From Chrysochromulina tobinii (Eukaryota), in the NCBI GenBank assembly GCA_001275005.1, contig JWZX01001689.1, positions 1 to 38,725 of the forward strand: a stretch of 38,725 bases of DNA, written 5' to 3'. Position numbers and translations under genes: made by a program. The notes below the pieces were generated by a model. The model did no database searches, was not told the origin of the DNA, and saw nothing but the letters and a program-made list of their open reading frames with translations. Below are positions 28,589 to 38,725 of this stretch, piece after piece (positions within the stretch are counted from its first letter, which is position 1; the number at the start of each line of letters is the position of its first letter).

Positions 28589-29842
28589 ATGCATGGAGCG
28601 ACCATCCTAGGCAGTGACCGCATCTTCTGGCGCGGTGGCCATACCGCCCTCGGCTGGGGAAGTCCGCTCGGCAAGCTGCACAAAGAGGGCCTTCGTGTGC
28701 TTGAGACGGTGGGATTTGAAGAGGTCGAACGTGGTTCGCCACGGCTACCAGCCCTCTTCTGGTGCACGAGGAGGGCTGCCGATTTTCCGGCTCTGGGCGA
28801 TCGCCTGCCCCTTATCCGCCCATTGCCACAGTCGTGCACATCTGCATTGGACGACAAACTACGCTGCGCCCGACTGCTCAACGCCGCCGGCTTTGTGAAG
28901 GATCGACTCGCTCCCGAAACCTTTGTGAGCCTTTCTGCGATGCGCCATGAGCTGCGCCAGCGAGCGCGCAGCACGGGAGCGGAGGAAGGGTGTCTGTACT
29001 TCCTGAAGCACCGGCTCGGCGTCAAGGGGCAGGCTGTGACGCCGCTGCGGGAGCGCGCGCTGCTTGACTGGCTGGAGGCACGGCCCTGGCGCGAAGGCGA
29101 CTTCGTCGTGCAGCGCGAGGTTCCGCCAGCACTGAGCATAGACGGCCACAAATTTGTGATGCGATGCCACGTTCTCGTGGCATGCCGCGTTTCGGCACCA
29201 CCGGCCGCCTGGCTGCATGGCGATGTGATCGTGCTCACGCACGCCGTCCCTTACACACATGACACTGACAACAAAGCTGCTCATGTTAGCCAAAGCGGCC
29301 GCCATCACCCGCCACCGAAGCTGCTCAGTGAGCTCGGGAACGAGCACCCTGGGGCAAGCCCCGGCCTGCCGCCGCGCCTGCAGTACCTAGTCTCGCGCAC
29401 GATTGCAGCCGCAGCGCCCGATCTCATTCCCGAGGAGCGCTGCCCGCGTGCCACTCTCTACTCCCTCATGGGCTTTGACGTGGCGCTCGATTCCAATGGG
29501 TCCCCACAGCTGCTCGAGGTCAATGCGTACCCTGCGATCGCCGACGGCACTATGAGCAAGGTGCCCTCGAGCGTGTATACGCGCTTGGTTCGAGATGTCG
29601 TTAGCCTTCTGATCCTGCCAGCGCTGGATGGGGTGGCACCGGTCGCGGGCGGCTTCATCAGCCTGCCCGAGGCCTTCACGACTCATGTTGCGACTGCTGG
29701 GGGGGTCGGGGGGGGGGCAGTACAATGGTTAGAGTCGATACGCAGAACAGGTGAGTCACATGATACTGACAGTGCATGTGTTGGCGCATCCGTGACGGGT
29801 TTGGAATGTAGGGTGACAAACAAGGGCGAAAGGCCCTTGTGA
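28589..29842 (+). CDS. Tubulin-tyrosine ligase (TTL/TTLL) family ATP-grasp protein
   Basis: Motifs LDDK, LAPETF, YFLK...G.G, VVQREV, IDGHKFVMRCHVLV, GFDVALD and LLEVNAYP. Confidence 0.85.
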   Translation: MHGATILGSDRIFWRGGHTALGWGSPLGKLHKEGLRVLETVGFEEVERGSPRLPALFWCTRRAADFPALGDRLPLIRPLPQSCTSALDDKLRCARLLNAAGFVKDRLAPETFVSLSAMRHELRQRARSTGAEEGCLYFLKHRLGVKGQAVTPLRERALLDWLEARPWREGDFVVQREVPPALSIDGHKFVMRCHVLVACRVSAPPAAWLHGDVIVLTHAVPYTHDTDNKAAHVSQSGRHHPPPKLLSELGNEHPGASPGLPPRLQYLVSRTIAAAAPDLIPEERCPRATLYSLMGFDVALDSNGSPQLLEVNAYPAIADGTMSKVPSSVYTRLVRDVVSLLILPALDGVAPVAGGFISLPEAFTTHVATAGGVGGGAVQWLESIRRTGESHDTDSACVGASVTGLECRVTNKGERPL

Positions 29843-29998
29843 CCGGAACGTTGGACATTGCGAAACTCTTCCTCGAAAACGTTTCAACGCAAACACGACA
29901 AAACGAGCTCCTCATGTGTTTGACACTCGTGTGGCTGTTTTTGTGCAAGGAGGCGCACGAGCGTTCACGTCTGTCTGCAATAACCGCTTTCCCTGCAC

Positions 29999-30751
29999 AT
30001 GGGGAAGAAAGGTGGCAAGAAGGGCGGCAAGTCGCCCAAGAAGGAGAAGGGACCCAAGGAGGATAAACCGGCAGTCTTATACGTCGATCACGCAAAGTGG
30101 GTGCGGCCAGAGACGCCGCCGCCAAAGGATTATGAGCTGCCGACAGAGGTGAAGTTGGCGGCGCTGGAGGGTAACACTCAGCGTGTCTTGCGATGGCTCG
30201 ACGAGGACAACGGCCACGTGGACGCGCAGTGGTTCAGGTCCATCGCGTGGATGCAGCCAGCAGCAGCTCATCAAGGCTTTACGTTGCTCATGTGCGCGGC
30301 TTCATCGCGGGCGGAGAAGCTCGTGACGCTGCTGCTCGACGAAGGGGCGTCGATTGATATGCAGGATGCCGCCGGCGACACGGCCCTCATGCACGCGGCT
30401 AGAGCGCGGCTCCGCGGCTATGGCAATCACGATGCGACGGATCGCATCGTGCTCACGCTCATGGAGCGTGGCTCATCGCTCACACTCAATAATCGAAGAG
30501 GCGAAAGTGTGAGTACCATGATCAATTCGCAGTTTGTGGTCAGCCGACCCCGGTCAGCTGACGCGAAGCCCGAAGTTCCCATCAGGCTGCTCACCGGTGG
30601 CGGCTCGCGACCCCTGTCGGCGTCCGCTGCCTATCTTTCTCCGCGTATGCAGGAGTCCAAAATGTCGACTCTGTCGACGGCGGGCGGAGTGCACACAGCG
30701 CAGAGATACCTTGATCGGCAAGGTTACCTTGCTCGCGGCGGCTTGAAATGA
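29999..30751 (+). CDS. Ankyrin-repeat protein with Lys-rich N-terminus
   Basis: GFTLLMCAA...LLLDEGASIDMQDAAGDTALMHAA ankyrin consensus. Confidence 0.88.
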   Translation: MGKKGGKKGGKSPKKEKGPKEDKPAVLYVDHAKWVRPETPPPKDYELPTEVKLAALEGNTQRVLRWLDEDNGHVDAQWFRSIAWMQPAAAHQGFTLLMCAASSRAEKLVTLLLDEGASIDMQDAAGDTALMHAARARLRGYGNHDATDRIVLTLMERGSSLTLNNRRGESVSTMINSQFVVSRPRSADAKPEVPIRLLTGGGSRPLSASAAYLSPRMQESKMSTLSTAGGVHTAQRYLDRQGYLARGGLK

Positions 30752-31199
30752 TGCAACAGCCTCGTCTATAGATCTTAGCGAATGCCCGTAGGCGGATTTT
30801 GGATTTATCATCAATCATGGTATAAGGTATTCGGCGAATTCCTAAATAAAATTCGTTAATTGTCGAACGTCCATATTTCATCTCTAATGCTGTGAGCCCG
30901 CCGAATCCCGAATGCGAGAATAGTAGCTTTCGTCATTGCCATGTGTGGTTATAATCCTGGGGCTTATCTGTAACGAATAGTATCCCCCCGGAATGCGAAA
31001 ATAGTAAACGGATATCATGATATCATAGAGAGGCGCGCGAGCTATGCCCGCTAGAGACCGACCGCAGAATGGCCTGAGGCGTCCAGGCTGAGACGCATCA
31101 GGAGGGCTATCGTTTGCTTCAAAGGAGTTATCCGTAACTCCTTGCTGCTTCGTGCCCGTGGACATCTGGCTCTGTGGATGTGTCTCGCGGACTTGCACA

Positions 31200-31847
31200 T
31201 CACGGAAGCTCGTCGGCACCGGTGTCCTCGACGACGTTCATTGGCTTCTTGTCGGCGCGGATACCTTCGATCTCCACGTGGAAGTCACCCGCAACGCCCT
31301 CTACCCAGAGCTGCACCTGCGAGATCGACGCGAGCGAGTAGTGATTCGGTGGGTCGTGCGAGGTGGGTTCGCCCGTGGAGGGTGACCACTTGTCGGTGAA
31401 GGCATCCCATGGCAGGAAGACGGTGGTAAACCCGTTGCTGTGCTTCGCCGTGAAGTTCGCCTTGTAAGTGCCAAACTGGCATCTATACGGGTCGATGTGA
31501 GTATCGCAGAAGGCAACCTTGAATTGGGTCACGTTGCCCTTTACGTTACGCAAGGTTACTGTGAGACCGTCCTCTTTCGCGACGTTCGGGAATTTGGCGG
31601 TTCCGAGCGTCGGATCCTCCGTCATCGCGATGGTGAAACCCGGTGCCCCGAGCGAAGGGACGATGCGGCACTCGCCGATCCACTCGCCAACCTGCTTGCC
31701 CAGGTGAGTCGTCGTGTTCTTCAGAGTGGAGACGCTCTGACCACCCATGACCGGATCGTTTTCGACATGCCACCTGTGGATCGTGTTACCGAAGGTGGCG
31801 AGATCTATGGCGGACAGGGGGGCCGCGAGCACCAAGAAGAGCGCCAT
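31200..31847 (-). CDS. CIA30/NDUFAF1-family carbohydrate-binding-like domain protein with signal peptide
   Basis: Motifs WHVENDPVMGGQS, IVPSLGAPGF, VFLPWDAFT and GDFHVEIEGI. Signal peptide MALFLVLAAPLSA. Confidence 0.85.
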   Translation of the reverse strand: MALFLVLAAPLSAIDLATFGNTIHRWHVENDPVMGGQSVSTLKNTTTHLGKQVGEWIGECRIVPSLGAPGFTIAMTEDPTLGTAKFPNVAKEDGLTVTLRNVKGNVTQFKVAFCDTHIDPYRCQFGTYKANFTAKHSNGFTTVFLPWDAFTDKWSPSTGEPTSHDPPNHYSLASISQVQLWVEGVAGDFHVEIEGIRADKKPMNVVEDTGADELP

Positions 31848-31886
31848 GACGGGGCAGCTCAGCCCGGGCCCCTCGGGGAAAAGGCG

Positions 31887-32008
31887 AAGTCAAGTCAAGT
31901 CAAGTCAAGTCAAGTCGAGTCAAGTCAAGTCAAGTCAAGTCAAGTCAAGTCAAGTCAAGTCAAGTCAAGTCAAGTCAAGTCAAGTCAAGTCAAGTCAACG
32001 AGTCAAGT
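31887..32008 (+). repeat. Long (CAAGT)n microsatellite, >20 units
   Basis: Directly visible; its nearest end is ~40 bp upstream of the CIA30-family ATG. Confidence 0.97.
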
Positions 32009-33162
32009 ATAGGAGCACATTCCAAGGGGCTGGACATTTGCTAGGTTTCCGTGCTTGTCGTCGACTTGAGACGAAACACGGTCAGCCCGAGACGCCAGTC
32101 CAAGGGTTTTGTAATATATCAGTCCCCCCCTGGGGCCCTGGGCTACAATTGTAGTTGGAGAACGGTGAAGTGCAGTGTCTGAGGTAGAGCTCTGAGGACT
32201 GTTTGCGACGGACTGAGCAGTCCATTGGAGCATTCAGACACACTTCTTGAGGACCTGTGAGCAGATCATTTTAATATCGATTCCTCCGTCTCCTCCCCCA
32301 TCTCCCCTCGTCATGACGTCATGCCTCGTCAAAACAGATTCCCCAGTAGCGAGAATTTCCAATTACCGAATTAGGAGATACCAAGTACCGATTTAGGAGA
32401 TCAAGTGATGCTCATTCGATACACACAAATCTCCTTTGCGACAAAATGTCATTCGCCCTCACAAGACATCCAATGATCCATCCGGACCAGCTCGGTGAGG
32501 CCTATATCGTCCAATGGGACACATCCATGCCATCCGCAAGGATCCTTCGCCCGAGCGCAAGGCAAAACACCGTGCGCGCGGTTGAGCCGAATGTGCTCCT
32601 GCAACCTCCCTTCAAGAAGATCGAGGAGCTTCACCAGCCGCAACCGCTCGAGCATTCGCTTCCGACCGTCGGTGGCTTCGTCCACACCTCGGTCTGGGAT
32701 CCACAAAGTGTCACGGCCACGTTGGTGAGTCCTGAATATACGTTCTGCGCCGCTCCCCGTCTCAGACCCGCGGGAGGGTGCGTACTGATTTCGATGCGCG
32801 CGACCAGTGCGCTGCTCCCGATATAAGACCTCGGGCGCACTAGATCGAGGAGCGAATTGGAACCACATGCCGCATGCACATGCACATGGACACATGCACA
32901 TGCATATTCACCCAGGGTGTATGGGGCGCATACCTTCAGCAGTAACTGTGTCGTGCACCTGAGTCTCCTCAATGCTCCTTTCCCGGCCGAGCTCCTCAGA
33001 CCGTCGAGACAGGACGCGCACCCGGCACGCGACCGGCCTACACACGATTTAATCGCGCGACAAAATCATATCTCGAAACGCGTATAAGAGGGGAGTCTCA
33101 TAGCCCCTCTACTCACTACTGCCCTGACCCTCGCCGTGACATCCCGCCGCCGCCTCACAAGT

Positions 33163-34246
33163 TCAGACGTCGAAAGCAAGTGCAACCGTGAGCCACGCCC
33201 ATGGCACCTGCGCCGTATGACCGTGGCGGCAGATCGTGCACAGGCCGCCGTCAGAGCCGCCCGCCTGAGGCTGCTGTGTGGCGAGCTTCGCGCGGCGCTC
33301 GAAGGCAGCCTTGATGATGTTGGGCGTACGGTTGGGTGCGAGCGTGGTGGCGTGACGGCTCATCGAACCGATGAGGTCGTCGAGGGGCAGCACGCCGAGC
33401 AGCGCGCCGTTCGAGTCGAGCCGGCGCACTGCTTCGCTCATGGCCTCCACCGATGACTCGCCATCGCTGATGGCCTCTGATTGCATCTTGATTGCATCTT
33501 GATTGCATCTTGATTGCATCTGGGCGTCGAGATGATTCGCCATCGCACCCTGGACCGAGGACCAGATGCACGCACGGCACGCGACTCGCCCGCAGCGCAT
33601 GAAGGACCTGCCGATCGCGACCGCACTCGGGGTCGCTCTCGAAGTCAACGCCGCCCGTGAGCGAGTCGCCGCCGAGATCCACGCCCACCACACGATCTGG
33701 GCGCACCTCCGCGAGCGCCGTCGCGAACGCGCACGAGTTGGCCGCTGTCACGTCTGCCAACGCGGGCGGCGGGCTGCCCTTGCCATTGCGCGGAATGATG
33801 AAGAGCAACGGAGAGCCCTCGGCGCCGCGCGGCAGGCTCTGCTCGATGCGCGCCGAGCCATACGCGCCATCGGCCGGCTGCAGCGGCACCACCTCAGCCG
33901 GACAACGCCACAAGTGTGGTCCCAGCTGCACAAAGTCTTCAGGCATCGGTCGTGGCGAGACGCAATTTCCAAAGATGATGGTGGCGCCAGGCTCGGATAC
34001 CTGCTGCCACGCCTGTGCCACAGCGAGCGCGCCCAAGACGTCGCAGCCACCACCCATGCCAATTACGAGACCGCGCTCCGTCGACTTGAGCACTGGTAGA
34101 CTGAAGGTAGGAAGCGCGCGCGGCAGCAGGCCGTCATAGAATGCATCGCTCGCGATGCTCGCCAGAGGACGCGTGCGGCGGCGTGCGAGGCCGATCATGC
34201 TCGCCGCGACCACTGCAGAGAAGGCCAGTGTTGTCCCTTCCTTCAT
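33163..34246 (-). CDS. DUF1152-like protein interrupted by a 79-bp repeat-filled insertion (candidate intron 33467-33548)
   Basis: Motifs GLVIGMGGGCDV, VVGVDLGGDSL and LVLGPGCDGE. Coding continues in another frame as DGESSVEAMSEAV...RTPNII... to TGA at 33163-33165. Confidence 0.75.
33478..33521 (-). repeat. 4 x 11-bp AGATGCAATCA repeat inside the DUF1152 insertion
   Basis: TGATTGCATCT x4, exact, on the + strand. Confidence 0.95.
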
Positions 34247-34398
34247 GACGCTACTTACAGGTCATACAAAAAAGGGACACGAAGCTTTCCGATGCCCGCA
34301 CCAACTCATCACAACGCTGTGACGAGTCCCTGGATTAAATCTGCTCCTCAACCGACACATGCGTTCACACACCGACCGATACACAAACACTTCTCCAC

Positions 34399-35772
34399 AT
34401 GCGCACCGCATTTGCTCGCCTCTTGGCCGCCTCGCTAGCCGTCACTTCCATGGCACGCAAGCTGCGCCCAGACCTCGATCCACCGCTCGAGAATGACTTG
34501 CGCACGCCAACTCGCTTGCCGACTGACCGCGAGGTGAGTGACTCCGGAGTGCGCCGTGAGGCCGCCAATCGTATGCCTTGGTTCCCGACGCACAACGTCA
34601 CGTGCGGGGACCGGCCGTGCAGGCCGGGCGAGGGCAACTTGCGGCACGTGCGCGAGAATACTCCACGTGGTTGGCGCTGGAAGCAGTGGACACAGCCCTA
34701 CATCCACCGCGAGGCGTGGGTGCAGTCTCGCTCCCGTGAGCTGCCACACCTGCCCGATCCGAAGACGCACTACGCGGCGCTCGTGCGCGAGGCGAAACGC
34801 GTGCAGAGCAGGGGCCTCGTCGTGCTCACGAGCGGCGACTGGGACTATAGAGAGCTCGTGCTCAACTGGGTCCAGCATGCGCACAAGCTGCGCTGGTTCA
34901 ACAGCCTTGTGGCAGCCATGGACCGGGAGCTCTTCGACGAGCTGCGGCGTCGGAACATCCCTGTCGCCGACCTCTCGAGCCTGCTCCTCGCGTGGAACGA
35001 CACATGCCTGCAGCGTCATATCCAGGCGGTGCGCATGGAACGCCAGCTGGCCGTCGCTGCGCTCGTTGCCTCGGGGCTCGATGTGCTTCACACCGACGCG
35101 ACATGCGTCTTCTTACGCGACTTCCTCCCGTTCTTACGCTCACTCGATGCGGACGTGCTCGCTCAGCGCGACACGTGGCCCTCCGACCCGGTGCGCAAGA
35201 TCGGCACCTCAGCGAACGCGGGTCTCAACTACGTGCGCGGCCGCCAGCCGCGGGTCGCTGCCGCGCTGCTCACGGAGATTGTAGTGAGAGGTATGATTGA
35301 GTTCTATCTGCGCTGGAACAACATCCCAGACCAGTACGGCTGGTCGTTTGTGCTCAGCGACCTCAGGGGCGTGCAGACTCGCACGGACACCAACGACACC
35401 ACCATCGGCACGCTGCACCCGCGCGGCTCGCATTGTGCCAAGAGCCCAGCGGGCTGCCTCCGCGGGGGCTTCCTGCCCTTCGATCGGTTCCCGCGCACAG
35501 GGAGCTGGGCGGCGCTCAAGGCGAAGGCAGACGTGTACCACTTGACGTTCGGGTGCATGCAGGAGGAGGCACCGTGCAGCATGCCCGGCGTGCGCGCCTT
35601 CCGTGGCCATCGGCAACGTCAAGACCGGTATGAAGACACTGACTTTAATGATCAAGTGGACACGCTGCGTGAGCTCGGACTGTGGCTTGTCGACGCGTCG
35701 CCCGACTACCGTGCGCCTTCCACGCCCATCGAATCCCTCAGCCGCAGGCTGCGCGTAGAGATTCGGAAATGA
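34399..35772 (+). CDS. Nucleotide-diphospho-sugar transferase (GT77-like) with signal anchor
   Basis: Motifs DYRELVLNW, LVAAMDREL, LVASGLDVLHTDATCVFLRD, ANAGLNYVR, DQ and LRELGLW. Hydrophobic N-terminus. Confidence 0.85.
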   Translation: MRTAFARLLAASLAVTSMARKLRPDLDPPLENDLRTPTRLPTDREVSDSGVRREAANRMPWFPTHNVTCGDRPCRPGEGNLRHVRENTPRGWRWKQWTQPYIHREAWVQSRSRELPHLPDPKTHYAALVREAKRVQSRGLVVLTSGDWDYRELVLNWVQHAHKLRWFNSLVAAMDRELFDELRRRNIPVADLSSLLLAWNDTCLQRHIQAVRMERQLAVAALVASGLDVLHTDATCVFLRDFLPFLRSLDADVLAQRDTWPSDPVRKIGTSANAGLNYVRGRQPRVAAALLTEIVVRGMIEFYLRWNNIPDQYGWSFVLSDLRGVQTRTDTNDTTIGTLHPRGSHCAKSPAGCLRGGFLPFDRFPRTGSWAALKAKADVYHLTFGCMQEEAPCSMPGVRAFRGHRQRQDRYEDTDFNDQVDTLRELGLWLVDASPDYRAPSTPIESLSRRLRVEIRK

Positions 35773-35891
35773 TTCGCTCGGCCAGCCCCCCAGACCTCGA
35801 TAAGGGCACTTCAGTCGTGTTGCTCACCCTCCTCCTCGGTCCTGAATTGTAGTTGGGTGCTGTCGTGGAGCTGGAGGGTCGTGCGAGCATC

Positions 35892-35942
35892 GTGCATGGT
35901 ATGTGCATGGGTATGTGCATGGGTATGTGCATGGGTATGTGT
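35892..35942 (+). repeat. ~4 x 12-bp GTGCATGGGTAT repeat 3' of GT77
   Basis: Directly visible. Confidence 0.9.
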
Positions 35943-36486
35943 CATTGTGGATCGGGCCGCAGTAGTACCGAGCGAGGTGCTCAGGCTGAGCGACTCCGTC
36001 AGATTAACGGGAACCGTCGCACAGGGCTCAAGATCTGAACTATCTCCAATCTCGGCGAATTTCGCCCCATCCGCGATTGCGGGCTATTTGTAATTGCGTT
36101 TCGTTCGTCCCTTTTCCGGGCCTCCGTCGTCAGCGCAGCGCGCGCGACGACCGGTCAACCACGCACCGGTCACCGGAGCGCGGAAACGCAACGGCGGACC
36201 CGGCTCCCGGGTCTTCAAAAACCCAAACCGCGGCCCCGCGCGAGGGCGTGGGGTAACGCGCGCCGATTTCGTACATCGTAGCACATACTACCGAAGTACC
36301 GATACAGCCGGGCTCATTTACACATTACACCGATTACGTCGCATAGAAGTTCGGTTCTCGCATACGCACACATCTCAGTGTGGGGTGCGCAAGTTGTCGG
36401 CTTTCAGCAGCCTTTCCGGCAATTCCGGGAACGGGGAAGCAGCCACCCGCGCGACTGGGGAATACAACGTAGTATCAACCGTAGGT

Positions 36487-38523
36487 TCAAGTCGAGTGCA
36501 GCGTCTTGCAATCGCGCCCACCGATTTGCCTGGATCCACCGACTTTGACGCAGCCACCAGCCTGACCGGGGCGATCGAAGCGCTGGACCATATAGTGCAG
36601 CACCTGCATCACGTCATCGACATTTGCCGTGACGTTGCCGCACGAGCGGTAGTTGCACCGGGCCTTTTTTCCTGGAGAGCCACACGCCTCCAATAACATG
36701 AGGCAGCCCGGCCAGTTGGGCTGCACGAGTCGAATGAAGTGCACGTCGTTTGTAATCGAGAGGCTATAGTAGTCTAAGCGGGCGAATTTGGACCATTCGC
36801 CAACAATTTCGAGGCATGAGGTGCGGCCAGTCGCGCTCTGAGGCAGCAGCATTGTCCAAGCAAGGCCCATGCCATGCATCCCTGCGAGGCCCATGGATGA
36901 GCTGACAAGTGCATGCTGATCTTTGACGGGGAGAGACTCGAAGACGGTAAATTGCACGACGGATGCGAGAGCAGCGTTTGCTGCGACAGCAGAGCGCAGC
37001 TCGTCCTCGTTGACGATTTGACGGGTGCCGCTGCGCCTGAGCTGAAAGCTGAGGCGGCGCTCGACCGTGCGCGCCTCGCCACCTCCAAAACTCACGGCGA
37101 GTGCTTGGCCAAACGCAGCAACACGCCTGACGAGCTCGGCGCCATTCATCCACGGCGGCGGCATGAACGCGGAATGGCCACCGTATATGCGCCCATAGCA
37201 ATTGCACTGCCCAGTCTCAGTTAGCGCCCAAGCTCGAGCCGCCACCTCTGGCCAGTCGGCCTCACTCACGCCAAGGCTTCGAATGAGCACCTGCAAGCCG
37301 ACGGTCCTTTCGAACGAGCAACGCGTGACGTTCGAAGCACACGTAGGCCAGTACTGCGTGAAGTGCGGCACCAGATGGATTTTCGTGTCCGCACGGATCG
37401 TTGGTCGCAGCTTAGCAAACATTTCGAAGCTTGGGACAGCATGGAGGAGCGCGTGGAACAGATTATCCATCGTCAGCTCGGTCAGCACGGCGGTAGTGCT
37501 CTCGTGCCATTGGCAGCGATGCAACGGCCATTCTGCCATAGAAGCGTTGGCAATCTCGGTCAAGTAGTGCTGCTTTGTCTGACTGTCGAGCCGCACGAAT
37601 CCGGGGCCGTACTCGGCATACATATCCGGCCATGGCACGGGCCACAATAGATGCCGTGTGCGCGCATGAGCCTGTGCGAGGATGCTGCAGCGCGAGCCAC
37701 TCACCCCAGGTCGAGCCATATGCCCCAGGCAAATATTTTCGAGCATCCACTCGCCACGGACAAGGTCGATGTGCTTCCGTTCGGTGGCGCGAGGGCCACG
37801 CATGATCCTGCTCAGCTCTAGCCAACTCTGAGGATGCCAAGTAGAACGCACCACCATCGAGTGACTGCAGTCAAACGGGGCGCCGTCGTGCGGTGTCATT
37901 GACGCATCTCGTGCCCTCGCTTGCACCTCAAAGTCAGTGGACTGCTTCGGCAGCCACGGGCAGTCGCTGTCGTTGTCTGTCATGCCGCCACCGGCTGGAT
38001 TTCCATTGCTCCGGCCGCGCACAGACGGCGAGCGCCGGCGGCCAGTCGCGCTGCCACCGCACCAGGTCCACACAACCTCGTACGGCTGACGTAGCCTGGG
38101 TGAATCGTATACGATTTGACCTCTGGGCAGCCAACGAACGGGTGGCTGCGGCAACGGTGTGGTCGGATCGCCCCACACGACACGCGACGCTGATAAGAGC
38201 GTGTCATTCAGATGTTCGGCAGCCGCGCCGTCCTCTCGCACCTCCGGTGGTTCGCCCCAGGTAAATGGCGCGAGATCAGCCAAGATTTTTTGCACCACTG
38301 CGGCCGCTCCGTTGCGAGGCAGGAGCAGCACACGCTCTGTTTCCACCGCGCGCAACGCTCGCACCGCCGCGACAAAGAAGCACGCGGGTGGTGCGGTCGC
38401 TGCACTGCCCACACGTACAACGATTCGGTACGGCTGTTTAATGTTCTCGTTGGCGTCCGAGTGGTTGTTTACGATGCTGAGCGGGAGCGGGGCTTTTGGC
38501 GTCACGATTGTGCGCCTTCCCAT
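36487..38523 (-). CDS. Glycosyltransferase family 61 (DUF563)-like protein
   Basis: Motifs DNLFHALL, RRSGTRQIVNEDEL and FESLPVKDQ...LAGMHGMGL...LEI match the GT61 pattern. ATG at 38523 inferred; the 5' structure is uncertain. Confidence 0.82.
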   Translation of the reverse strand: MGRRTIVTPKAPLPLSIVNNHSDANENIKQPYRIVVRVGSAATAPPACFFVAAVRALRAVETERVLLLPRNGAAAVVQKILADLAPFTWGEPPEVREDGAAAEHLNDTLLSASRVVWGDPTTPLPQPPVRWLPRGQIVYDSPRLRQPYEVVWTWCGGSATGRRRSPSVRGRSNGNPAGGGMTDNDSDCPWLPKQSTDFEVQARARDASMTPHDGAPFDCSHSMVVRSTWHPQSWLELSRIMRGPRATERKHIDLVRGEWMLENICLGHMARPGVSGSRCSILAQAHARTRHLLWPVPWPDMYAEYGPGFVRLDSQTKQHYLTEIANASMAEWPLHRCQWHESTTAVLTELTMDNLFHALLHAVPSFEMFAKLRPTIRADTKIHLVPHFTQYWPTCASNVTRCSFERTVGLQVLIRSLGVSEADWPEVAARAWALTETGQCNCYGRIYGGHSAFMPPPWMNGAELVRRVAAFGQALAVSFGGGEARTVERRLSFQLRRSGTRQIVNEDELRSAVAANAALASVVQFTVFESLPVKDQHALVSSSMGLAGMHGMGLAWTMLLPQSATGRTSCLEIVGEWSKFARLDYYSLSITNDVHFIRLVQPNWPGCLMLLEACGSPGKKARCNYRSCGNVTANVDDVMQVLHYMVQRFDRPGQAGGCVKVGGSRQIGGRDCKTLHST

Positions 38524-38725
38524 TTTCGCTCTGACCTCACACGCCAGGCGCCGACAGGCGCACGAGCTCGTGTGTTTCCCTCGTGCCGCGGCTGTGGGGA
38601 AGGGTTCGAACGTTGAGTGAACATACAAGGCAAAAAAGTGTGCTGAGCCTTAGCTCCAAGAGTGTATGGACACTAACGACAAGGAGCGCCGCTACGGGCG
38701 CACACGGCGGGGAGCCGCCAAAACC

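Noticed and set aside
31440..32154. ORFs encoding (SSQVK)n
   Set aside because: These are translations of the (CAAGT)n microsatellite, antisense to the CIA30-family gene.
32446..32972. Overlapping 113-150 aa ORFs on both strands, with a possible (TGCATG)-rich intron
   Set aside because: No recognisable motif, and I could not build a consistent start and splice phase. A small minus-strand gene cannot be excluded.
1..38725. Prokaryote-type defence, biosynthetic operon or autonomous transposon
   Set aside because: Genes are functionally unrelated eukaryotic loci with spliceosomal introns. No RT, integrase, transposase, nuclease, PKS or NRPS motifs were recognised.

Overview
This is eukaryotic, gene-dense, GC-rich DNA with few spliceosomal introns. 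By inference it comes from a haptophyte alga, based on the gene set and the many 10-12 bp tandem repeats. About 18 protein-coding genes are supported. They include COG4, a formate/nitrite transporter (1 intron), a secreted TylF-type O-methyltransferase and a frameshifted orphan gene. There are also a START-like protein, a tandem bPH-like Cys-rich protein, a PPP1R42-like LRR protein, a double-CXXC zinc-finger protein (2 introns) and a TPR-like protein. The rest are an ShKT-sulfotransferase-like fusion, a class IV aminotransferase, a METTL21-like methyltransferase with an inserted Zn finger, a TTL-family ligase, an ankyrin protein, a CIA30-family protein, a DUF1152-like protein, GT77 and GT61. 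I found no rRNA, tRNA, CRISPR array, recognisable transposase or prokaryotic operon-like system. The most unusual signals are non-coding. (1) Related 10-11 bp and 22-23 bp tandem arrays duplicate stop codons, expand in frame inside COG4, and fill a duplication-flanked 79-bp insertion, a possible new intron, in the DUF1152 gene. (2) A dispersed ~40-60 bp element linked to (TTGAC)n microsatellites lies upstream of several genes. (3) Several perfect palindromes occur in intergenic DNA. All family calls rest on motif recognition by eye; no searches were run.
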